Assembly: GCA_944391615.1 (NCBI GenBank)
Contig: CALXUE010000001.1
Span: 134,550-198,549, forward strand
Origin: an uncultured Alphaproteobacteria bacterium
GTDB lineage: Bacteria; Pseudomonadota; Alphaproteobacteria; RF32; CAG-239
DNA: 64,000 nt
Reading direction: 5' to 3'
Part shown: one piece after another, positions 30,001 through 38,400 of the stretch
Layout of the letters: every line of letters begins with the position of its first letter
Position numbering within the stretch: the first letter of the stretch is position 1
Made by a program: the position numbers and the translations under genes
Notes under the pieces: model-generated
The model's database searches: none
Told to the model about the DNA's origin: nothing
Seen by the model: the letters and a program-made list of their open reading frames with translations, nothing else

Positions 30001-30412
30001 TAGTCTGAATTTTCATTCCCCCTGGAGTATCTAAGAGCATAGCAAAAAGCTGTCTGGCACGCGCGGTCAATTTTTGAAAGTCAGCAAGATTTTGCGGCAC
30101 ATCCCCCAACAAATCGGTCAACTCTTTCGCCAATTTATTATCATCGGCCACCGCCCACATACTAAGCCTTTTGGCAATACGACTGCTCATCTCCACGGCC
30201 GCCGCTTTGGTATAAGTCAAACACAAAATTTTAGAAGGCTTTATCCCGTTTAAGAGCAAGCGCAAAACTCTATCGGACAACACTTTTGTTTTGCCTGTTC
30301 CGGCTGAGGCTTCCACCCACACGGAATGCAAAGGGTCTGATGCTTTTCTCTGTTGCAAAGTAGCTGTATTTCCACGTTCTGCTCGAATATCTGAAAAATC
30401 ATTATCCACCAT
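27029..30412 (-). CDS. addA: Double-strand break repair helicase AddA (UvrD-like helicase with a C-terminal PD-(D/E)xK nuclease)
   Basis: AGTGKT Walker A; 1127 aa. Order addB-addA-trxA is what I expect in alphaproteobacteria. Confidence 0.85.
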   Translation of the reverse strand: MVDNDFSDIRAERGNTATLQQRKASDPLHSVWVEASAGTGKTKVLSDRVLRLLLNGIKPSKILCLTYTKAAAVEMSSRIAKRLSMWAVADDNKLAKELTDLLGDVPQNLADFQKLTARARQLFAMLLDTPGGMKIQTIHSFCQDVLKRFPLEAQVSPYFSVMDDRTAAEALDDIQAQMLAQAEQNPESAAGQALAFLTQNVSEAKFPDVMSAIAENRNKIIRLFLKYAHFEDLIDDLAGRLGILATDDADKLETQFWAELNVPLIKEIMNALFQGTKTDVTRAETLANVLAKVDKKGMFSQYREVFLTKESVVRGATKSAVAVCGDLLEKLAGEAERVLKLQKQMKALHLFAATKAILMLASELIKGYNHYKNLHSKLDYEDLIVLTRNLLENQDVAQWVMYKLDGGIDAVLIDEAQDTSPDQWAIVKALTEEFFAGIGADDVVRTVFVVGDRKQSIYSFQGADPEEFERMRQYFKSADENFEEVHLDVSFRSVSAVLDSVNKVFEDAQAKDGVVLENQKVAHLPFRMGEAGKVEIWPLIEPKADENKDEWRPPVEKIPSQSTSSRLAQNIARKIRSMVVNHEILPSRGRPVQYSDFLVLVQRRNAFVEELVRACKSEGVEIAGVDKIKLLEQMAVKDLIAVGKFLLLPTDDLTLAEILKSPLWGLDDDDLMKLCIGRGQASLWTRLGDEPAYEQVYQALQNLLNMADFVRPFELYSYILNTMEGRKKFVERMGEEVCDGLDEFVNLTIAFEQDHIPSLQLFIDWVASDEVEIKREQEQGTINAVRIMTVHGSKGLQAPIVVLPDSVRVPKEKKEAAMLWDEMMFFPLSSSDYDDVCTRINEKANQKALQEYRRLLYVALTRAEDRLCICGYKGKSAVKSDAWYDICQRNLQDVLTPDDAGCLILNTPQMRKVESDKQPENNSVNNIPVKMEAWMKVCPVSESPLQKPYAPSKIDEEEEEPALLSPIEKVSERRYYRGRVIHKLLQFLPDVHTHDLSAIILNFLDKNAPDFSDKEKQRIVEEVSLLLKNESFAKVFGANSKAEVPLMGEVDGKIIAGQIDRLVVCENEVLIIDFKTNRPAAQKLSDVPLAYLKQLRAYQQLCAKIYPDKVIKAFILWTDTAKLMPIF

Positions 30413-30433
30413 AAAACTCTGCCTCTCTAAGCT

Positions 30434-33361
30434 TTAGTCTTCATCATTATCAACCACTTTCCACTCAGCCACACGCGCCAAATTAAGATAATCAGAATAT
30501 TTTGGAGCTTTTGCCGGATTCGGCTGACAATAATAAGGTGTCGCCTCATCATCAAAAGCGGCAATAAGGGTGCGTACTTTTTCAAAAGTGTTATCTAAAA
30601 CATCTTGAACATTTTTATCTAAAACGACTTCTTTTTTAGCCAATTGCCAATAAATCAGCTTTGCCACCTCTTTTTTATCCAAACCATCAAATCCGCCAAA
30701 TTGCGCAATGAGCCCCTCGATAGGAAGCTGAGGAGCAAAACCTTTTTCCATTTCGGCAATGGTCCTTGCCTGCCCTGTTTTATAATCTAAAATATTGAGC
30801 TTACCGTCATTGGTTTCATCCACACGGTCGGCTTTCGCCGTGAGCGTAAAATCTCCCCCTTTGGATTGGAAGGTGAGTTTCCCCGAAATTTCATTGTGAA
30901 CACGAAAGATATCTTGCCGATAATTTTTTTCTTTTTCCAAAACCCAAGTCATACATTTTACAAAATTCGGCCACCAAAACGCGCGTGTATCAAAAGCCAC
31001 ACCCGTTTCGGCAAAACACTTTTCGCCCAAATCGAGCAAAATATCCAAAGCATTATCAGGCAGCTTTTGCGGATAAAGATTATTAAATTCTTGCAAAACC
31101 TTATGAACAATATTTCCATAATCCACAAACTCAAGCTTTTTATCCAAATCATTAAGCGGATAGAGCTTGAGAATATATTTTGCAAAAATAATGTACGGAT
31201 CACGCATTAAATTTTCAATCGCACTTGCCGAGAGCTTACGCGGCCTAAAACAAAGCCTAGGCCTTGGCTCCGGCGGCTTTATCGGGAAGAAGCCGTCCGG
31301 TTTTTCCAAAATCTGCGCCCGCTCAAGATAAGATTTGTCTTCAATTTCAGCAATATCATGTTGCAAAGCTTTCATCACCGTCTGTAGCCTGAGCCACCAA
31401 CGAGAATGCACCATCGGCGTTCCCTCGACACGCTCGGCTCTGGTCAGCACAACTTCCTTAGCGCCCAACAAATGGCAAAAATCCAATGCCTCCACTCCAA
31501 TGTCTTTTTCCGGCAAAGACAAACCAAAACTTTTTTTCATCGGCCGCGACATCCACGGGTCGGAATTAGGAATTTTAGGCCAAGCCCCCTCGTTGAGTTC
31601 GCCGACAATCATCAGGTCAAAATGAGACAATCTCGCCTCAATCGGTCCCAAAATTTTAAGTCTGGGATGAGTACCGAATTTTGGCCGCACCGTAATCTGA
31701 CGCATAAGAGCCTCAAACAACCCCAAATATTCTTCACCGTGAATTTTTTCAAGCATATCGGCATAATCACACACCGCCGAAATCAGCATAGCGGCGGATT
31801 CGCCATCATCACCGCGCCACAAAACATCCGTCCCGTTTTTTTGCGCTGTTGTAGCCAACTTTTCAGCAATCTGAATATGGGTTATGAGCAAAGTTTTAAA
31901 ATCGGCAAAAGAAGACATTAAAGCTTTTAGCGGAGCCAAAACATTTTGCAGTTCAACATAAACAGCTTGAATTTCTATGTCATCCGAAGGCTCATCTGCT
32001 CTCAAGACAAGCTTTTCAAAATCCCGAACTTTTCGCCGCACCCCGCCATAATCATTTCCGTTTGCAAATAAGGGGTGTTTCATCAAGGAAAGCACATCAA
32101 CCGGCTTTTGTTCAACCTGACAAGCCTCAATAATCAAGCGCAAAAAAATTCCCGCTGGCGTTAAGTGTAAAGGCTTACCGGCACTATCATCCACCTTAAC
32201 ATCCCAGCGATTAAGTTCTGCGGCCACACGTCTTGCCAAATCTCTGTCTGTCGTAACCAAAGCGGCGGTTTTTTCAGGCACTTCCAAAGTATGACGCATC
32301 ATCAAAGCAATAGAGAGCGCCTCAGCTCGAATATCAGCACAAGACAAAACCTTAAGGTCGTCCCAAGCATGAGCAGAAATATGTTTAGCCCCGATATCGC
32401 GCCACAAATGTGTTGATTTGGCCGGCCGCATAATTTCCGAAACAAGCTTTTCACGTTCCTCATTTCGCGCCAAACAAAAATCCTTCACCGAAAACCGAGA
32501 TATATCCAAAAATTCAAACAATTGCTTAAATTCAAATTGCGGATGCGTCTCATCAATCAGCTTAAAACTCTCATCATCCAAAAATTTATCAACACCGGAA
32601 AGAATAACCATCCCGTTAGGCAAATTCAAAACCGTTTTCACCAATCGCCTCATCACGGGAAAAGCCGCCGTCGTACCAAGCACAACAATTTTTTTGCACA
32701 CCTTTTGCTTAAGCCAAAGGTTCATCTGGATTTCCAACATCTGGATTCGACGTTTAACACCGTCAACAAGATTATTTTGTTGCAAAAATTCGGGCCACTC
32801 ACGTGTAATCACATCCAAAAAGCTGAGTGTTTGCAGCCAGTGTGCGGCATATTCTTCCGGCACCAAATTTTTCAAATTATCAAAAGAAAGTTCTTGATAA
32901 GCCGTTTCATCAATTAAGGAACAAAGTTCCACCGCCAGAGCGCAAGCTTGATCAGCCGAAAAACGCTCCAACCCAAACTTTGGAGCATCCTTCAAAATGC
33001 GTTTAACAAACCAAAACAAACGATAATAAGCATCGGGAGAGGGTTTAATCTGTGCCAACGCTTGAGAAAAATCAAACCCCTTTACCCAAAGCTCATCCTC
33101 TTCCACATCTGCAATCGGCATCATCTGCGGCAATAAAGTCGGCGTTAACCCCTGCGCCCGAACAAACGCCTCTTTCAAGGATTGGCAGGCACGTCGATTC
33201 GGCAGCAAAAACAACACATCCGTTAATTCTAAAGGATTCTCGGCATAATCTTGCAAAAAACGCTGAGCGACTTCATCAACAAAATCGCAGCTAATCGGAA
33301 TATTAAAAATATTGTCATACATCATGGTTAATGAGTGTAAAGCACTCACCCAAAGTGTCAA
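30434..33361 (-). CDS. addB: Double-strand break repair protein AddB
   Basis: 975 aa immediately upstream of addA. Confidence 0.8.
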   Translation of the reverse strand: MTLWVSALHSLTMMYDNIFNIPISCDFVDEVAQRFLQDYAENPLELTDVLFLLPNRRACQSLKEAFVRAQGLTPTLLPQMMPIADVEEDELWVKGFDFSQALAQIKPSPDAYYRLFWFVKRILKDAPKFGLERFSADQACALAVELCSLIDETAYQELSFDNLKNLVPEEYAAHWLQTLSFLDVITREWPEFLQQNNLVDGVKRRIQMLEIQMNLWLKQKVCKKIVVLGTTAAFPVMRRLVKTVLNLPNGMVILSGVDKFLDDESFKLIDETHPQFEFKQLFEFLDISRFSVKDFCLARNEEREKLVSEIMRPAKSTHLWRDIGAKHISAHAWDDLKVLSCADIRAEALSIALMMRHTLEVPEKTAALVTTDRDLARRVAAELNRWDVKVDDSAGKPLHLTPAGIFLRLIIEACQVEQKPVDVLSLMKHPLFANGNDYGGVRRKVRDFEKLVLRADEPSDDIEIQAVYVELQNVLAPLKALMSSFADFKTLLITHIQIAEKLATTAQKNGTDVLWRGDDGESAAMLISAVCDYADMLEKIHGEEYLGLFEALMRQITVRPKFGTHPRLKILGPIEARLSHFDLMIVGELNEGAWPKIPNSDPWMSRPMKKSFGLSLPEKDIGVEALDFCHLLGAKEVVLTRAERVEGTPMVHSRWWLRLQTVMKALQHDIAEIEDKSYLERAQILEKPDGFFPIKPPEPRPRLCFRPRKLSASAIENLMRDPYIIFAKYILKLYPLNDLDKKLEFVDYGNIVHKVLQEFNNLYPQKLPDNALDILLDLGEKCFAETGVAFDTRAFWWPNFVKCMTWVLEKEKNYRQDIFRVHNEISGKLTFQSKGGDFTLTAKADRVDETNDGKLNILDYKTGQARTIAEMEKGFAPQLPIEGLIAQFGGFDGLDKKEVAKLIYWQLAKKEVVLDKNVQDVLDNTFEKVRTLIAAFDDEATPYYCQPNPAKAPKYSDYLNLARVAEWKVVDNDED

Positions 33362-33385
33362 CTATTTTTAAATTCAAAACGCCAT

Positions 33386-33979
33386 CTAAGCAAAAATTTC
33401 TTGAATAAGTTTTTGGAAAGCTCTGCCTCTATGAGAAATTTTGTTTTTTTCTTCTTCACCCAGTTCGGCAAAAGTCTTGTCAAACCCATCGGGAACAAAA
33501 ATCGGATCATAACCAAAACCTTTTTTACCGGCTTTTTTCTCAGCGATTTTACCCTCAACTTTTCCTTCAAAAACATAAGTTTTACCCTGCGGGTCAGCCA
33601 AAGCCAACACACATTCAAAATAAGCGCTTCTATCGGCGGAGCCTGTTTGTTTAATTTCATCCAAGAGCATATCCATAGCCTTGTCAAAGTCACGATTCGG
33701 AGCATATCTTGCCGACAACACTCCTGGTTTTCCGCCCAAACATTTAACGCACAAGCCGGAATCATCACCCAAAGCAAAAAAACCACTCATATGGGCAAGC
33801 GTTTCAGCTTTAAGCTTAGCATTTTCAACAAAAGCATGTCCGGTTTCAGGCACATCGGGCATTCTGAGTTCATCGGCCGACACAACCTCAACATTAAACG
33901 GCGCCAACATATCTCTAATTTCTTTAATTTTACCTTGATTATGACTTGCCACTAAAATTTTAGAAACAACAGGTTTCAT
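33386..33979 (-). CDS. rdgB: Non-canonical purine NTP pyrophosphatase (dITP/XTP pyrophosphatase)
   Basis: KILVASHNQGKIKE N-terminus and FGYDP motif. Start at MKPVVSK overlaps the rph stop. Confidence 0.8.
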   Translation of the reverse strand: MKPVVSKILVASHNQGKIKEIRDMLAPFNVEVVSADELRMPDVPETGHAFVENAKLKAETLAHMSGFFALGDDSGLCVKCLGGKPGVLSARYAPNRDFDKAMDMLLDEIKQTGSADRSAYFECVLALADPQGKTYVFEGKVEGKIAEKKAGKKGFGYDPIFVPDGFDKTFAELGEEEKNKISHRGRAFQKLIQEIFA

Positions 33980-33980
33980 T

Positions 33981-34706
33981 TTACAATACCCCCAAAGCAA
34001 TTTTTTGTTTTTTAATAAGTTCTCCTATTCCCTTTTGAGCCAATTTCATCAAAGAAAGAAACTGTTCATTATCAAAAGGTTCTTCTTCTGCCGTACCTTG
34101 AATTTCCACAATACGTCCGCTTTCGGTAAACACAAAATTCGTATCGGCTTGGGCATGAGAATCTTCTTCATAATCTTCATCCAAAATAGCTTGCCCGTTA
34201 TGAATACCGCAAGAAACAGCCGCCACAAATTCTCTAATTGGGTTTTCGGGAAGTTTTCCACCCTTAACCAAAGATTCCAAAGCCAAATACAGAGCCACAA
34301 ACCCACCGGTAACCGAGGCTGTACGTGTTCCGCCGTCGGCTTGAATAACATCACAATCAATAATCACCGAGATATCAGGCATTTTGGTCAAATCAACGCC
34401 GGCACGCAAAGCCCGCCCGATAAGCCGTTTAATTTCTTGAGAACGTCCGGAAGGTTTTAATGTTTCGCGCGGGGTGCGTGTGAGTGTCGCACGCGGCAAC
34501 ATAGCATATTCAGCCGTAATCCAGCCTTTTCCCTCATCTTTGAGCCAAGCAGGCACTTTATCTTCCACACTGGCCGTACAAATCACATGCGTATTGCCGC
34601 TTTTAATCAAACAAGAGCCTTCGGCATAAGGATTAAAATTAGGAATAATTTCGACCTTGCGGAGTTCATCATTCTGACGATTATTCTGACGCATTTTGCA
34701 CCTCAT
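33981..34706 (-). CDS. rph: Ribonuclease PH
   Basis: [20 protein letters not shown]; 241 aa. The start may be the internal MRQNN (34694). Confidence 0.9.
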   Translation of the reverse strand: MRCKMRQNNRQNDELRKVEIIPNFNPYAEGSCLIKSGNTHVICTASVEDKVPAWLKDEGKGWITAEYAMLPRATLTRTPRETLKPSGRSQEIKRLIGRALRAGVDLTKMPDISVIIDCDVIQADGGTRTASVTGGFVALYLALESLVKGGKLPENPIREFVAAVSCGIHNGQAILDEDYEEDSHAQADTNFVFTESGRIVEIQGTAEEEPFDNEQFLSLMKLAQKGIGELIKKQKIALGVL

Positions 34707-34765
34707 AAAATCTTAACTAAACACGAGGGCAAAATAGCACAAGGCAATAAAAATATTATTAACAA

Positions 34766-36802
34766 TCAAATTCCGAGATGAAAAAGCTTATAATACTGTT
34801 CCAACGGCCCCTTATTCCAGCTAAAATCCTTTTTCATAGCATTAACTTTCATGGCCAAAATTGCTTCAGGATTCTCATAAAACACTTTCAAAACATTTTT
34901 GAGCAAATCAGCATAAGCATTAACATTGTTTTTAAGACGCCTTGCTGCCAAGTTGCTGCCATAAACCCTAGAATTGTCAACAAAAAAGACTTCACTTCTA
35001 AAACCGTCAACACCGTTAATAATAGTATCGACCAAACCGCCGGTAGACATAGCCACGGGCAAACTACCTTTAGCCAAAGCCTCCATTTGCGTCAAACCGC
35101 AAGGCTCAAACCGACACGGCATCATATAAAAATCAGCCGCCAATTGAATAGCATAAGCAAATTCGTCTTTATAACCTCTAAACACAAAGATTCGCTTACC
35201 CAGCTCAGGATTCATCGCCGTAATTTTGTCTTTAAACTTTTTCAGTTCATCAAAAATAGCTTCATCACCGGCGCCCCCCAAAACAAAAATCGGCATTTCA
35301 AGCTCGGGATGATTATTCAAAAAGTCCTCTGCAGCAAGCAAAATTGCCTCTGCGGCAATATCATAACCTTTTTGTTCAACCATACGGCTGGTAGCACAAA
35401 AAACCGGCACTTTATCGGGATTTTTAATATCTAAAGACTCAAAATAATAAAAATCAAGTAGGGGCAAAACTTCTTGCTTATATGTTTTATCTTTTGCCAA
35501 CCGATTAAGCAGTTTGATAAATTCTGCTTTATTGCAAACCTTGCCGCCAAGATTATTTTCATCATATGTTTCAAAAGAAAAATATTTGAAAAACTGATTA
35601 AGATGACTAATTTTCTGAGGGCTGGGTACAATTTTAGACTTTTCGTACCCATTCACGATTCCCAAAAAAGTTCTATGGTCTTTTCTTATTTTCAAAATAT
35701 CGCGAAAGTCTCGCCCAAATTCCAAAAACTTAGACACCTCTTCAGCATAATTTTTAGAAACGGTCACTACCCTGTCAGCAAACTGAATATGCCCGTTGGC
35801 TTGGTTATAGGTATCATAAACCAAAATAGCCGATTGTGTGCGCGGATTCGCATTTTTAACCGCTTTGGCGTTTTTATAAATCAATTCCGCACTATACTCA
35901 AACAAACTATTAAGGATTCGCTGAGTATTTGGATAATCCCACCCTTGATATCCCAAATGATGTGCAATATGCACAATAGGAATTTGCCTGATTTTTTCAG
36001 ACAAGCTGAGAGAATCAACAAAATTCTGTTCTTCTTGGGCCAAAGAGGCCATTTTCATCAACGGAGCCATAGCACCGCAGTGCCAATCATTGGCAATAAT
36101 AAGGTTTGGGCGCATAATCGGATTTTGCCTGTTCTGCAACACATCTTTCAGCAACACGCACACCGCTTTTGAAAAGAAGGCAAAACGCTCCACCTCATTA
36201 ACATTGTGAACATTCAAAACGTAGCATCCCCCTTGAGCAGAAGGATTCTCTTTGTGCGGCTGAATTGAAAAGAAATGCTCATTTTCCAACAAAACATAAG
36301 TCACACCCCAAACCTCACCCACAAACACGCCGACACGGTTTGACACCAACTTATTATGATTAATAAAGGGCACTTCAATCGTGGTAATTTTTTTCAAGAA
36401 AAGAGAAACGCCTTCGGCTCCTTTATACTCATATGTTTCAGGATTAAACAGAGCTGTTTTTTTGCCCGTATCACCAACATAAAGCGGCGTAACAATAATA
36501 ACATTATCTCCCGAAACGCCATATTCTTTGTTATAAGCTTCCGGCAGTTCGGAAGCCACAACGCCCAGTCCGCCCATTTTCATAAAAGCTGACGTTTCCG
36601 CCGACACCATCCATGCTTGGAGTTTATCAATTTCGGGCCACGGATTTTTGCCATAACACTGCACCGTGGATAAAGCCTGCATTTTAGCAGTAATTTCAGT
36701 TTTAGGTAAAAAGAAGAGAGGAGCTTTTTTAGACTTATTAAACCCGACGGGCAACATTTTTTGTTCTTCCATCGGTACGGCATTTTGCTTTAAACCTAAC
36801 AT
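34766..36802 (-). CDS. GT5-family glycogen/starch-synthase-like glycosyltransferase (678 aa)
   Basis: K-x-GGL motif KMGGLGVV; ANDWHCG and IAHHLGYQG blocks; C-terminal FEPCGLTQMEALAKGSLPVAMSTGGLVDTI. Sits between grpE and rph, and no hrcA lies between them in this window. Confidence 0.65.
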   Translation of the reverse strand: MLGLKQNAVPMEEQKMLPVGFNKSKKAPLFFLPKTEITAKMQALSTVQCYGKNPWPEIDKLQAWMVSAETSAFMKMGGLGVVASELPEAYNKEYGVSGDNVIIVTPLYVGDTGKKTALFNPETYEYKGAEGVSLFLKKITTIEVPFINHNKLVSNRVGVFVGEVWGVTYVLLENEHFFSIQPHKENPSAQGGCYVLNVHNVNEVERFAFFSKAVCVLLKDVLQNRQNPIMRPNLIIANDWHCGAMAPLMKMASLAQEEQNFVDSLSLSEKIRQIPIVHIAHHLGYQGWDYPNTQRILNSLFEYSAELIYKNAKAVKNANPRTQSAILVYDTYNQANGHIQFADRVVTVSKNYAEEVSKFLEFGRDFRDILKIRKDHRTFLGIVNGYEKSKIVPSPQKISHLNQFFKYFSFETYDENNLGGKVCNKAEFIKLLNRLAKDKTYKQEVLPLLDFYYFESLDIKNPDKVPVFCATSRMVEQKGYDIAAEAILLAAEDFLNNHPELEMPIFVLGGAGDEAIFDELKKFKDKITAMNPELGKRIFVFRGYKDEFAYAIQLAADFYMMPCRFEPCGLTQMEALAKGSLPVAMSTGGLVDTIINGVDGFRSEVFFVDNSRVYGSNLAARRLKNNVNAYADLLKNVLKVFYENPEAILAMKVNAMKKDFSWNKGPLEQYYKLFHLGI

Positions 36803-36925
36803 ATTTCACCTAAACTTTTTTCAAAAACAATATTTTCAATACCTCTTGACTTAAAGAGAATGACTAACTAAGTTTTAATATAGATAAGGATAACATCTCA
36901 AAAAAATATTTTAAAGAGGAAAGAC

Positions 36926-37540
36926 ATGACTGACCACAAGAATCAACACCATCATGATGCCGAAAAAGAAGAAATAAAAGAAGAAAAAAACACCTCGGCG
37001 CCTCAACCCAAAGAGGAAGAAGCACAAACCGCACCCCAAGCTGAGGAACAAGCCTGCTGGGACGGACAAGAAGAGCTTGAACAGCTAAAAGAAGAAAACA
37101 AAAAACTCAAGGAAGATTACTTAAGAGCTTACGCCGATGCAGAAAACACCAAACGTCGCTGTACCCAAGAAATAGAAAAAAACAACAAATACGCAATTTC
37201 CAACTTTGCAAAAAATTTGCTCAGCGTTGCCGACAATCTCGACCGCGCCCTAAAGTCGATTCCCGAAGATAAAAAAGACGATTGCGAACACCTGAAAAAT
37301 CTTTTAACCGGTGTTGAAATGACTCAGCACGAACTGGATAAAGTTTTTGAAAAATTCGGGATAAAGAAGATGGATATTATTGGCACAAAATTTGACCCGA
37401 ACTATCATCAGGTTATACAAGAGGTTGAAGACAAAGAAAAACCCAACGGCACAATCATCAGAGAATTGCAAAGTGGTTATATGATAAACGACCGCATTTT
37501 GCGTGAAGCAATGGTAATCGTCAGCAAAGGCGGAAAATAA
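36926..37540 (+). CDS. grpE: Nucleotide exchange factor GrpE
   Basis: Acidic N-terminus and coiled coil; 204 aa. Confidence 0.85.
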   Translation: MTDHKNQHHHDAEKEEIKEEKNTSAPQPKEEEAQTAPQAEEQACWDGQEELEQLKEENKKLKEDYLRAYADAENTKRRCTQEIEKNNKYAISNFAKNLLSVADNLDRALKSIPEDKKDDCEHLKNLLTGVEMTQHELDKVFEKFGIKKMDIIGTKFDPNYHQVIQEVEDKEKPNGTIIRELQSGYMINDRILREAMVIVSKGGK

Positions 37541-37574
37541 AAATAAGAAATAAAAAAAATTTCTTTCTCCTAAA

Positions 37575-37604
37575 GCACCTGTTTGAAAAAGCAGGTGTTT
37601 TTTA
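37575..37604 (+). terminator. Intrinsic terminator after grpE
   Basis: cacctg-tttgaaaaag-caggtg followed by T7. Confidence 0.6.
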
Positions 37605-37683
37605 TGACACACCATCAGCTCGTTCAACCAACAAAAAAGAGAGAAAGGCTTTCACCAATCTCTCTTTTCATAATTTTTTGCTG

Positions 37684-38172
37684 TTACCCGAGCTTTGCCA
37701 ACATTTCGGGTGTGAATAAACTACCCAAACCTGTTGTTGCAGTTGCAGCTGCCGGCTTAGCATATTTTTCTGCCAGCTCATACTGCTCCATGTCTTTCAG
37801 AAGCTCTATTGCTTCCTCAGAAAGATACGGACCTTCAGGATTCTCTTTGACGTAATCCGCCAAAAGCTCCCAGTTTTCGAGGTCAACAAGGAGCATTTCG
37901 TTTTCAGGATGGAGCGAACATCCCACAACGGACTTCCGCACCAAATCCACATCAACCTCTTCAGCCTCCAAAACAGCCGTTACAAACTGTTTACACGGAC
38001 GCCGCATTGAAAGGTAAAGGTCGCGGCTTTCTTTTCTTTCCGGCTCCAACAAAAGTAGCTGAGAAGACGGCAACAGCCAAAATTCCTCAAAATATTTCTT
38101 CTGCTCTTCCAATGAAGAGTTCAAGACATTTAATTCAACTTTCTTGCTGGGGTGCTGTATTGTTTTATTCAT
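37684..38172 (-). CDS. Hypothetical protein (162 aa)
   Basis: Intact ORF with native AT-rich composition; no recognisable motif. Confidence 0.4.
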   Translation of the reverse strand: MNKTIQHPSKKVELNVLNSSLEEQKKYFEEFWLLPSSQLLLLEPERKESRDLYLSMRRPCKQFVTAVLEAEEVDVDLVRKSVVGCSLHPENEMLLVDLENWELLADYVKENPEGPYLSEEAIELLKDMEQYELAEKYAKPAAATATTGLGSLFTPEMLAKLG

Positions 38173-38400
38173 AATTAAAAAAATTTTTTAAGACAAAGAA
38201 AAGACCAGACAATCTTTCCTCTATTCAAAAAATTCCATTATTCTGAATGAACGCCTTTCCGAAGAAAAAAACTCATTGTCTGCAAAATAATAGAACCTTA
38301 ATAATCTCAATTCGAAAACAACAATACCACAAATCGCAACCACGGTCAACACGAAATTAGACAAATTTTACATATATCACAAAAATGTAACAATTCTAAC

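Noticed and set aside
36803-36925. Heat-shock (sigma-32 or CIRCE) control element upstream of grpE
   Set aside because: CTTGAC is present but has no matching CCCCATnT -10 at 13-15 nt. No CIRCE inverted repeat (TTAGCACTC-N9-GAGTGCTAA) is visible.
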